Shown here: in pieces, positions 52,564 to 60,590 of the stretch
Layout of the letters: every line of letters begins with the position of its first letter
How positions within the stretch are numbered: position 1 is the stretch's first letter
Assembly (NCBI GenBank): GCA_016190895.1
Contig: JACPPR010000030.1
Coordinates: forward strand, 241-64,240
Direction: 5' to 3'
DNA from: Chloroflexota bacterium
GTDB taxonomy: Bacteria > Chloroflexota > Dehalococcoidia > Dehalococcoidales > UBA2162
Length of the DNA: 64,000 nt
Position numbers and translations under genes: made by a program
Notes under the pieces: model-generated
Databases searched by the model: none
The model's input: the letters and a program-made list of their open reading frames with translations, nothing else
Told to the model about the DNA's origin: nothing

Positions 52564-54300
52564 ATGCACCGTCTACGGGTTGGTATGGCTCAGATGAACG
52601 CTACCGTGGGCGATTTTGCCGGTAACACACGGAAGATTCTGGACATTATCTCTCAAGCCAGGGCTTTAGAGGTGGACATGCTCACTTTTCCTGAGCTTGC
52701 CATCTGCGGCTACCCGCCGGAAGACCTGCTTTTCAAGCCCAAGTTTATCGAGGAAAACCTGCGTTTCCTGAACAAAGTCATAGAAGCTTCGGCCGGAATT
52801 ACTCTTGTCGTCGGCTTCGTCGATGCCAAAGAGGATATCTACAACGCAGCGGCAATCGTCCATGATGGCAAGCTGGTCAGCGCTTATCACAAGATTTACC
52901 TGCCTAACTACGGCGTCTTCGATGAAGACCGTTACTTCCGGGCCGGCGCCAGCAGCGAATGCCCGGTGTACACGATCGCCGGAGTGGGCATCGGCATTAA
53001 TATTTGTGAAGATATATGGTACGAAGCAGGGCCGACCTCTATCCAGGCCTATGCCGGGGCCGAGGTAATCGTTAATATCAGCGCCTCGCCGTTTCATTAC
53101 GGCAAAGGAAACGCCCGGGAGAGAATGCTAGCCACCCGCGCCTCGGACAATGTGTCGGTCGTTGTTTTCAACAACCTGGTTGGCGGCCAGGACGAGCTGG
53201 TTTTCGATGGCAACAGCCTTATCCTGGACGAGAAAGGGCAGGTCATTGCCCGCGGCAAGCAGTTCGAGGAAGACCTGATTATAGCCGACCTTGAGATTGA
53301 GTCCGTCTTCAGGACTCGTTTGCATGACCCGCGGTGGCGGAAAGAGAAGCTGCTCGCGGAGCAGAGAGGCGGCGGCATCAGGGTGATGGTATCGGAAGCG
53401 CCCGTCTCGCTCACCAAACCGCCGCTACCAGCGAGACAGGTTATAACCAAACCTCTTCTCGGCGAGGTCTATGACGCCCTCGTGCTCGGCACCCGCGATT
53501 ACGTCCGCAAGAACGGCTTTAAGAAGGTGCTGATGGGACTCTCCGGGGGCATAGATTCCAGTCTGGTGGCAACCATCGCCACCGATGCCCTGGGCAAGGA
53601 CAATGTGGTCGGCATCTCGATGCCTTCCCGGTATTCCTCGGAGGGCAGCGTTACCGATGCCGAGCTTCTGAGCAAGAACCTGGGTATCAAGCTGAAGACC
53701 ATACCCATCGAGGAAATCTTCCAGGCTTACCTGAATACGCTGATGCCTCAATTCGAGGGGAAAGAACCGGACGTTACCGAGGAGAATATCCAGGCCCGTA
53801 TCCGGGGCAATATCCTGATGGCGCTGTCCAACAAGTTCGGCTGGCTGGTGCTGGCTACGGGGAACAAAAGCGAGATGGCTACCGGCTTCACCACCCTTTA
53901 TGGCGATATGGCAGGCGGTTTTTCCGTCATCAAGGATGTCCCAAAAACAATGGGCTACGAGCTTGCCAAGTACCGAAACTCGGTGGCTGGTTATGAGCTG
54001 ATACCCTCGGCTATTATCGGCAAAGCTCCTTCTCCGGAGTTGAAGCCCGAGCAGAAGACTACCGATACTTTGCCGCCTTACCCCCGGCTCGACCCCATCC
54101 TGATGGCATATGTGGAAGAAGACAAGAGCGTCGAGCAGATAATCGCCGCCGGGCATGATGAAGCAACTGTTAGACGCGCGGCGCAGTTGGTTGACAGGAG
54201 CGAGTACAAGCGTCGCCAGGCGCCCCCCGGTGTTAAGATAACCCCCCGGGCCTTCGGCCGGGATAGAAGACTGCCGATTACCAACCGGTTTAAGGGATAA
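52564..54300 (+). CDS. nadE: Glutamine-dependent NAD+ synthetase
   Basis: N-terminal CN-hydrolase (FPELAICGYPPEDL, INICEDIW) plus PP-loop GLSGGIDSS. Confidence 0.93.
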   Translation: MHRLRVGMAQMNATVGDFAGNTRKILDIISQARALEVDMLTFPELAICGYPPEDLLFKPKFIEENLRFLNKVIEASAGITLVVGFVDAKEDIYNAAAIVHDGKLVSAYHKIYLPNYGVFDEDRYFRAGASSECPVYTIAGVGIGINICEDIWYEAGPTSIQAYAGAEVIVNISASPFHYGKGNARERMLATRASDNVSVVVFNNLVGGQDELVFDGNSLILDEKGQVIARGKQFEEDLIIADLEIESVFRTRLHDPRWRKEKLLAEQRGGGIRVMVSEAPVSLTKPPLPARQVITKPLLGEVYDALVLGTRDYVRKNGFKKVLMGLSGGIDSSLVATIATDALGKDNVVGISMPSRYSSEGSVTDAELLSKNLGIKLKTIPIEEIFQAYLNTLMPQFEGKEPDVTEENIQARIRGNILMALSNKFGWLVLATGNKSEMATGFTTLYGDMAGGFSVIKDVPKTMGYELAKYRNSVAGYELIPSAIIGKAPSPELKPEQKTTDTLPPYPRLDPILMAYVEEDKSVEQIIAAGHDEATVRRAAQLVDRSEYKRRQAPPGVKITPRAFGRDRRLPITNRFKG

Positions 54301-54400
54301 ATCAAATAATACCAATACTACCAATAAGTACCAATATTTGAGTAATTCAATATTTGTTGAATTATTTGTAGTATTTGACATTTGTAGTATTGGTAGTATT
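54301..54400. repeat. AT-rich word repeat / palindrome upstream of nrpR
   Basis: AATACCAATACTACC ... ATTCAAtatttgTTGAAT ... GTAGTATTGGTAGTATT. Contains TTGACA at 54375-80. Confidence 0.65.
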
Positions 54401-54405
54401 TTTCT

Positions 54406-55401
54406 ATGGTGCAAAAAATCAGTTCTGACGGGGAAAGGAAGCTCCTGGCGATTCTGAAGGTGCTTAGTGAATCTTCAGAACCGCTCGGTTCGGCCACCAT
54501 CGCCCGCGAGCTTGAGCGCTACGGCATTTACCTGAGCGAGCGCGGGGTCAGGTATAACCTGAAGCTAGCCGATGAGCGCGGCTATACCCAGCCGATGGGC
54601 CGTGACGGGCGGATGATTACCACTCAGGGCTTGCAAGAACTGACGGCGGCGCTGGCTCCCGAGCGGGTTGGTTTCGTCCTCGAAAAACTGGAACTGCTTG
54701 CCTTTCAGACCACTTTCGACCCGGCAAAACGCACCGGCCGGGTGCCGATAAATACCTCGCTCATCGATAAGAGCCAGTTCAAGAAAGCGCTCGCGGTAAT
54801 GGGCGCCGCTTTCAAGGCCGGAATCTGCGTCAGCGACCTGGTGGCTACCGCCTCAGAGGGTGAAAAGCTCGGCTCGGTAGTCGTGCCCCCTGGTAAAATC
54901 GGCCTGGCGACAGTCTGCAGCGCCACCATTAACGGCGTGCTGCTAAAAGCTGGCGTGCCCGTCGAGTCGAAGTTCGGCGGCGTGCTTGAAGTCAGGAAAT
55001 CTCAGCCCAGCCGTTTTGTGGCTATCATCAACTATTCCGGCACCTCGCTCGACCCTTCCGAGCAGTATATCCGCGCCCGGATGACCAGCGTCGGCAAGGT
55101 CATCACTACCGGGAGTGGGCGGCTGCTGGCCAATTTCAGGGAGATGCCGGCCCTATCGAGGGCGCTGGCTGAGGAGAAAATCGCCCAACTCAAGGCGGCG
55201 GGGATTGGTGGGGTCTACGCCCTTGGCAATACCAGCGAGCCGCTCTGCCAGATTCCGGTCGGTCTCAACCGCGTGGGGATGGTGCTGCTGGGCGGCTTGA
55301 ATCCGATAACTCTCGCCGTCGAGGCAGGCATCGAGATTGACAACATCGCCGAAAGCGGGCTGGTTGATTTCGAGCGACTGGTTAGCTTTTGGAAAATTTA
55401 G
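54406..55401 (+). CDS. nrpR: NrpR-like nitrogen regulatory protein (wHTH + one NrpR/DUF128-type domain)
   Basis: 331 aa with LAILKVLSESSEPLGSATIARELERYGIYLSERGVRYNLKLADERGYT..GRDGRMITTQGLQEL and GLATVCSATINGVLLKAG. Family assignment is from memory of COG1693-type proteins. Confidence 0.7.
   Translation: MVQKISSDGERKLLAILKVLSESSEPLGSATIARELERYGIYLSERGVRYNLKLADERGYTQPMGRDGRMITTQGLQELTAALAPERVGFVLEKLELLAFQTTFDPAKRTGRVPINTSLIDKSQFKKALAVMGAAFKAGICVSDLVATASEGEKLGSVVVPPGKIGLATVCSATINGVLLKAGVPVESKFGGVLEVRKSQPSRFVAIINYSGTSLDPSEQYIRARMTSVGKVITTGSGRLLANFREMPALSRALAEEKIAQLKAAGIGGVYALGNTSEPLCQIPVGLNRVGMVLLGGLNPITLAVEAGIEIDNIAESGLVDFERLVSFWKI
55318..55401 (+). repeat. Direct repeat copy 1 (functional 3' end of nrpR)
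   Basis: 77/84 nt identical to 55985-56068, in register including the TAG stop. Confidence 0.9.
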
Positions 55402-55477
55402 GTGGGAAGTGTCATTCTGGAGTCCGACAAGTCGGGACGAAGAATCTCAGGGCGGGGGAGGCATTTCTATTTCAGTT

Positions 55478-55506
55478 TTAGCCTCGTTCTGAAGTTATGT
55501 TATAAT
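55478..55506 (+). promoter_or_regulatory. Promoter-like element of hicBA
   Basis: TTAGCC (55478-83), 17-nt spacer including TGT, TATAAT (55501-06). Confidence 0.5.
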
Positions 55507-55529
55507 CTTATTTGAAGAAGGTGACAGAA

Positions 55530-55736
55530 ATGAAATTCCGTATTGTCCTTGAGTATGACCCGGAGACCAAAAGTTATGCTGCCTACTGCCCGGAATTGCC
55601 GGGGTGTTGCAGCGCTGGCGATACAGAGGAAGAAGCGCTCGAAAACATCAAGGAGGCTATTTCTCTATATCTTGAACCCTCTCCCGTAAAACTGAACCCG
55701 GATGAGAAGGTTTTTGAGGTGGAAGTACCTGTCTGA
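55530..55736 (+). CDS. hicB: HicB-like antitoxin (UPF0150)
   Basis: MKFRIVLEYDPETKSYAAYCPELPGCCSAGDTEEEALENIKEAISLYLE. ATG 55530 lies downstream of the predicted -10. Confidence 0.8.
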   Translation: MKFRIVLEYDPETKSYAAYCPELPGCCSAGDTEEEALENIKEAISLYLEPSPVKLNPDEKVFEVEVPV

Positions 55737-55960
55737 TGCCTCAGAAGCTACCAAGGTTAAGAGCTAGTGAGGTAATCCGAGTCCTTCAACGGCATGATTT
55801 CATTCTTGTTTCACAGCGTGGCAGCCATCAGAAGTGGCGTCATCCGGATACAGGGAATCAGGTTATTGTCCCTTACCACAAAGGGAAACAACTCCCGCTA
55901 GGTACCATCAGAAGCATCATTGAAGGGAGTCACATTCCAGAAAAAGAATTTCGCCCGTAG
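55736..55960 (+). CDS. hicA: HicA-like mRNA interferase toxin
   Basis: LPRLRASEVIRVLQRHDFILVSQRGSHQKWRHPDTGNQVIVPYHKGKQLPLGTIRSII. Its ATG overlaps the hicB stop. Confidence 0.82.
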   Translation: MPQKLPRLRASEVIRVLQRHDFILVSQRGSHQKWRHPDTGNQVIVPYHKGKQLPLGTIRSIIEGSHIPEKEFRP

Positions 55961-55984
55961 CTTCCCCGTGGTTTGGCTTCGGTC

Positions 55985-56068
55985 GTCGAGGCAGGCATCG
56001 AGATTGACAACATCGCCGAAAGCGGGTTGGTTGATTTTGAGCGACTGGTGAGCTTCTGGAGACTGTAG
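55985..56068 (+). pseudogene. Orphan duplicate of the last 27 codons of nrpR
   Basis: Encodes VEAGIEIDNIAESGLVDFERLVSFWRL*, versus ...FWKI* in nrpR. No upstream coding continuity. Confidence 0.85.
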
Positions 56069-56089
56069 AGGGGGGCTTGTTGTCATTCT

Positions 56090-56117
56090 GTAGGGGCACA
56101 GCATGCTGTGCCCCTAC
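56090..56117. repeat. Same palindrome family
   Basis: GTAGGGGCACAGCATGCTGTGCCCCTAC, right after the orphan nrpR fragment. Confidence 0.85.
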
Positions 56118-56149
56118 AGCGCCCGTTCGAGCTTCCCCACGAGTCACGG

Positions 56150-56240
56150 GAGAGTTTGAGAGGGCTTCGCCCTCTCAAGAGAAATCTCTTTCCCCTCTCC
56201 GCTTGCGGAGAGGGGAACACAAGGGGTGAGGTGATCCCCC
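56150..56240. repeat. GGGAGAGG-hairpin repeat family
   Basis: GAGAGGGCttcGCCCTCTC plus CCCCTCTCCGCTTGCGGAGAGGGG. Confidence 0.75.
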
Positions 56241-56242
56241 CC

Positions 56243-56272
56243 TTGACAACCCCTCTGAGCCTATTGTATAGT
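56243..56272 (+). promoter_or_regulatory. Promoter-like element upstream of the Rrf2 gene
   Basis: TTGACA (56243-48), 18-nt spacer, TATAGT (56267-72). A second TATAAT lies at 56294-99. Confidence 0.4.
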
Positions 56273-56316
56273 AAAGTCACTACTTCAGTCACCTATAATA
56301 CTTATTTAAGATATTT

Positions 56317-56760
56317 ATGAAACTTTCTACTCGCGGACAATACGGCGCCAGGCTTCTGCTGGATTTAGCCCTCCATAAGGCGGAGGGGCCGGTCTTATTA
56401 AAAGACATCGCCAGGAGACAGGAGATTCCGCTTGCTTATCTGAAGCATCTGGTGGCTCCGTTAGTGGGCGCGGGAATACTGCGCAGCGCCCGGGGCGCCA
56501 AGGGCGGCCTATTGCTGGCCAAGCCTCCCGAGCAGGTAAAGCTGAGAGAGGTAATCCAGCTCCTCGAAGGCCCAATCAACCCCGTCGAGTGCGTTAATGA
56601 CCCCGCCGTCTGCGGGCGCTCGTCTTCCTGCGCCACCCGAGATGTCTGGGTCGACCTGCAGAAGGCGATGGAGGGGGTCTTAGAGGCGACTACTGTTGCG
56701 AACCTGGTGGAGCGGCACCGTGAGAAAGAACAGCCGGTCGGGGCGATGTACAATATATAA
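56317..56760 (+). CDS. Rrf2-family transcriptional regulator with three-Cys cluster motif
   Basis: MKLSTRGQYGARLLLDLA...; Cys motif CVNDPAVCGRSSSC. Confidence 0.88.
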   Translation: MKLSTRGQYGARLLLDLALHKAEGPVLLKDIARRQEIPLAYLKHLVAPLVGAGILRSARGAKGGLLLAKPPEQVKLREVIQLLEGPINPVECVNDPAVCGRSSSCATRDVWVDLQKAMEGVLEATTVANLVERHREKEQPVGAMYNI

Positions 56761-56935
56761 ATCCTAAATACTAATATCGAAGCACTAAACAAATCCAAAT
56801 TACCAAAGCGCCCAAATGCCAATCAAATGACAAATGACGGAGTTCAGGTGACGAAATATTTTGAGTTTTCGATTTTGAACTTGTTTAGAATTTAGGATTT
56901 CGTGCTTAGAGTTTGGAAATAGCAGAATAAAGTTA
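56761..56935. repeat. AT-rich word repeat, long imperfect palindrome
   Basis: ATCCTAAAT..CGAAGCACTAAACAA is inverted as TTGTTTAGAATTTAGGATTTCGTGCTTAG. Confidence 0.7.
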
Positions 56936-56958
56936 CATAATGATTAAGAGGAGGGAAA

Positions 56959-57924
56959 ATGCAACATAGTCTGAAGAGGGAAGCTAAGCGCCTGGACATG
57001 GATTTCGATGTCCTGAAGAGTGGGGGATTTATCAAGCAGACGCAGGAGGACCTTTTCACGGTCAGGCTGCGCTGCCCCGGGGGGCGGGTGACTTCGCAAC
57101 AGCTGCGTATGGCCGCCGAGATAGCGGACAAATACGGGCAGGGGGAGATTCACAACTCATTCCGCCAATCGATAGAAGTTCCTTATGTGCACCATAAATA
57201 CTTCGACGCCGTCGATGCCGACCTGAAATCGATTAACTGGTCGGTGGCTTCCTGCGGTCCCCGTATCCGGGTGCCGACCGCCTGCGCCGGCTGCACCTAT
57301 AATCCTAACGGCCTGATGGATACTCAGAATATGTGCTTCGAGGTGGACAAAAAATACTTCGGCACGGCGACCACCCATCATAAATTCAAGATTTCCTTTT
57401 CCGGTTGTCCCATCGATTGCGCCCGCACCCGGGAGATGGACTTAGGCTTTCAGGGGATTGTCGAGCCGGAGTTGGATGATGACAAATGCACTAGTTGCGG
57501 ACTGTGCGTGGCAGCCTGCGAAGAGCAATCACTTACTATGGTGAAGGACGGCAAGCCGGTGAGAGACCTGAGCAAGTGCAATTACTGCGGTGACTGCATC
57601 AAAGTCTGCCCGGTGGATGCGATGATTGCCAAGAGGAAGGGCTGGCTCATCCGGGCCGGAGGCAAGCACGGCAAACATCCCATCTACGCTTACGAAGTGG
57701 CTCAGTTTGCCACCAACGAGCAGGGTTATGCCCTGATTGAAAAGACGATGGAATGGTATAAAGCCAATAGTAAAGGTCGAGAACGAATCGGCGCTACCAT
57801 GGGACGGCTGAACCTTGATAGATACCTCACCGAGGTCGTTAAACCGCTTGGACTGGAGGTGATAGAGACCCCTGAGCAGAGACAAAAGTTCTGGGCATCG
57901 GGGAACATGTATCAGAACAAATAG
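56959..57924 (+). CDS. Small sulfite/nitrite-reductase-like hemoprotein with inserted ferredoxin domain
   Basis: PTACAGCTYNPNG and FSGCPIDCA (siroheme/4Fe-4S type), plus CTSCGLCVAACE and CNYCGDCIKVCP. Confidence 0.75.
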   Translation: MQHSLKREAKRLDMDFDVLKSGGFIKQTQEDLFTVRLRCPGGRVTSQQLRMAAEIADKYGQGEIHNSFRQSIEVPYVHHKYFDAVDADLKSINWSVASCGPRIRVPTACAGCTYNPNGLMDTQNMCFEVDKKYFGTATTHHKFKISFSGCPIDCARTREMDLGFQGIVEPELDDDKCTSCGLCVAACEEQSLTMVKDGKPVRDLSKCNYCGDCIKVCPVDAMIAKRKGWLIRAGGKHGKHPIYAYEVAQFATNEQGYALIEKTMEWYKANSKGRERIGATMGRLNLDRYLTEVVKPLGLEVIETPEQRQKFWASGNMYQNK

Positions 57925-57979
57925 TTTAGATTACTAGTGCGTTAACAAATATTAAGAATAATTAATACAGGAGTTAAAG

Positions 57980-58720
57980 GTGGAAGATAAAGTTTTTCAT
58001 GCCAAGGAACTGATTGCCAATGCGATAAAGGAGTACCCGAGAATAGCGGTTGCCTGCTCTTTCGGGAAGGACAGCATGGTCGTCTCTCATATCGCCAGAG
58101 AGGTCGACCCGAATATCAAGATTTTTGCCGTGATGACGCAGTTTAAGCCTCCGGAGACCTTTGAATATCTCAAGAGAATGAACAAAAAGATGGGGCTCGA
58201 TATTACCGTCTATATGGTGGCCGATAGCGTCCCCACGATTCTTCAGGACAAGTCCATCAAAGTTATTCTGTTGCCCAGTAAGGAATTCGAGGGTAAAGCG
58301 GCTGCGACCAGGCAAGCAACCGGAAAAGAAATCTATAAAGTAGACCCCGATGAATGCTGCCGGATACTTAAAGTAGACCCGACCAAAGTGGCTGTCAGCG
58401 GCCTGGATGCATGGATAACCGGTTTGAGAAATACGGAAGGGAGAACCAGGGTGGACTACCAGGAAGTCGAGGAGAAGGGCGGGCTTATCAAGATAAATCC
58501 CATCCTTACCTTCACCGAGACCGATATCTGGAAATATATGGCTACCCGCGGTATCGAGGCTCATCCCTGGTACCGGCTGGACTATCGTTCTCTCGGCTGC
58601 GCCCCCTGCTCCAATCCCGGCGGTGAGAATGAGCGTGACGGCAGGTGGCAGGAGACCAGCAAGTGCGGCGGCGAGTGCGGTATCCACACTCGAATACTGA
58701 AAGAGAAAGTAGCCAGTTAG
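57980..58720 (+). CDS. cysH: APS/PAPS reductase (CysH family, Fe-S type motifs)
   Basis: PP-loop ACSFGKDSMV; ECCRILK and GCAPCS; C-terminal ECGIH; GTG start. Confidence 0.85.
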   Translation: MEDKVFHAKELIANAIKEYPRIAVACSFGKDSMVVSHIAREVDPNIKIFAVMTQFKPPETFEYLKRMNKKMGLDITVYMVADSVPTILQDKSIKVILLPSKEFEGKAAATRQATGKEIYKVDPDECCRILKVDPTKVAVSGLDAWITGLRNTEGRTRVDYQEVEEKGGLIKINPILTFTETDIWKYMATRGIEAHPWYRLDYRSLGCAPCSNPGGENERDGRWQETSKCGGECGIHTRILKEKVAS

Positions 58721-58850
58721 TCTTTTCGGACAATGGCACAGCCGCAGATAATAAGGTGGAAACCAACCCGGATAGCAATTAACGGCAAGTGGTTGCTATC
58801 CGGGTTGGTTATCTCCCCTGAGAACTGAGATAGCTTGAAGGTGGACTGGT

Positions 58851-59093
58851 ATGGCAAATTTTCCGGTCGATACTCCTAGGCGTTCCTGGGTAAAATCCAT
58901 TACCTGGCGCATTATGGGCATCTTTATTCTGGGTGGTATCACCTGGCTCTTTACTCATAGCTGGGAGAAGACGACCTGGATAACGGTTACCTTTCACTCT
59001 ATCAGGCTGGTGCTTTACTATTACCACGAGAGGGTCTGGGAGCGAATAAGCTGGGGCAGGCGGAAACCGGTTCCGGAGGATTACACGATATAG
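58851..59093 (+). CDS. DUF2061 membrane protein
   Basis: SWVKSITWRIMG...LVLYYYHERVWERISWG. Confidence 0.75.
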   Translation: MANFPVDTPRRSWVKSITWRIMGIFILGGITWLFTHSWEKTTWITVTFHSIRLVLYYYHERVWERISWGRRKPVPEDYTI

Positions 59094-59173
59094 AGTGTTC
59101 GGAAAGTGCCGGCAGGTGACACTCCGTGTCATCTGTAGTAATATGTGGTATTAATCGCGATAAGGGTAGTTGT

Positions 59174-60163
59174 ATGGAAAATCGTAAACAAAAAGCCGAC
59201 CATCAGAGAAGGGTTTATTCGGACATAACTCAGCTCATTGCCAACCCGGAGAACCCGACACCACTGGTGAGGCTGAACCGGCTCAATACGGCTAAGAACT
59301 TTCAGATTTATCTCAAGCTGGAAAGGTACAACCCGTTCGGCTCGGTGAAGGACCGAATCGCCTATGCCATGCTGAAGGCGCTGGATACCAAAGGCAAGAC
59401 TCTTGTCGAGCCTTCCTCGGGCAATACCGGCATTGCTCTCGCTGCCGTAGCTAACGCGATGGGCATACCTGTCGAGATAGCCGTCCCGGAGAGAATTCCG
59501 GAAGAAAAAAAGGTGATTTTGAAATTCCTCGGTGCTACGTTGATGGAGGCTGATGACTCTTTGTGTCCCTTGTTTCCGACTGAAGGCGCCCGGGGGTTGG
59601 TCAACGCCTTAATCAAAAGCCCGGCGACTAAAGATACCTACGTCAGTCCCAATCAGTATGAGAATGAGCTTAATGTCGAGGCGCATTACCGGGGCACCGG
59701 CCCAGAGATATGGCAGCAGACCGCAGGCAAGGTGGATTATTTCTTCGCCGGCTTCGGCACTTGCGGCACCATAACGGGCGTAGGCAGATACCTGAAAGAG
59801 CAAAATCCCAAGATAAAGATAATCGGGGTGGAGCCGGCTTCACCGAACCATAAGCTGCCGGGCATGAAGAGAATTACCGGTCTGGCCGAGGAGTATATCC
59901 CCAAAATTCTGGACCGTTCGGTTATCGATGATACCGTGGCGGTAGCCGATGCAGATGCCTATCAGGCGGCGATAAACCTGGCGCGGAAAGACGGCATCAT
60001 GGTCGGGCCGACTACGGGGGCAATACTCCATGTCGCTCTGGAATTTGCCAGGAAAAACCGTGGCTTAGGGGTAGTTATCTCCCCTGACGATGCCTTTAAG
60101 TATACCAGCTTTTACCAGGAAATTCTGAATGCGGGAACTCTGAAAGAAGGGGAAGGAATTTAA
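59174..60163 (+). CDS. Cysteine synthase-like PLP enzyme (CysK/CysM family)
   Basis: FGSVKDR (PLP Lys) and EPSSGNTGIALA. ATG 59174 chosen over track start 59126. Confidence 0.82.
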   Translation: MENRKQKADHQRRVYSDITQLIANPENPTPLVRLNRLNTAKNFQIYLKLERYNPFGSVKDRIAYAMLKALDTKGKTLVEPSSGNTGIALAAVANAMGIPVEIAVPERIPEEKKVILKFLGATLMEADDSLCPLFPTEGARGLVNALIKSPATKDTYVSPNQYENELNVEAHYRGTGPEIWQQTAGKVDYFFAGFGTCGTITGVGRYLKEQNPKIKIIGVEPASPNHKLPGMKRITGLAEEYIPKILDRSVIDDTVAVADADAYQAAINLARKDGIMVGPTTGAILHVALEFARKNRGLGVVISPDDAFKYTSFYQEILNAGTLKEGEGI

Positions 60164-60166
60164 GAT

Positions 60167-60382
60167 ATGGCAGAAACCTTTGATTTGTCGGGCTTCGTTT
60201 GCCCTTTGTCCAAGATAAAAGCTACTCAGGTGCTCAACAATCTGGCTGAGGGTAAAACGGCGACCATCATACTGGGAGATTCCGACTCCTTTAAGAGTGT
60301 CGCTCAGGAACTGAAAGCCAGGGGTATCAAGCCGTCTTTGAAGCAAGATGGCGGTAAGTATCTCCTGACGGTTAACAAATAG
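60167..60382 (+). CDS. TusA/SirA-like sulfur carrier protein
   Basis: 71 aa with FDLSGFVCPLSKIKATQVL (Cys-Pro motif). Confidence 0.78.
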   Translation: MAETFDLSGFVCPLSKIKATQVLNNLAEGKTATIILGDSDSFKSVAQELKARGIKPSLKQDGGKYLLTVNK

Positions 60383-60390
60383 AATGTTAT

Positions 60391-60495
60391 TTTACTATTC
60401 GTTAGGCCGTTTGGCAAACCATACCGACGAAAGTCGGTATCCAGAATGTTAATATCAAAACGGCGCTTCCTGGATTCCGTGTCAGCACGGAATGG
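60391..60495. repeat. Same family as 10051-10137
   Basis: TTCGTTAGG..AACCATACCGACgaaaGTCGGTATCCAGA...GGATTCCGTgtcagCACGGAATGG. Abuts the disrupted tauE 5' end. Confidence 0.75.
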
Positions 60496-60590
60496 AAAGA
60501 GAATCGTAAGCTACGTTAGAGAAATATTTAAGATATCTTTTCGTCTTAGCCTTTGCTTTCATAGCACAACTGATTGATGGTGGGATAGGT

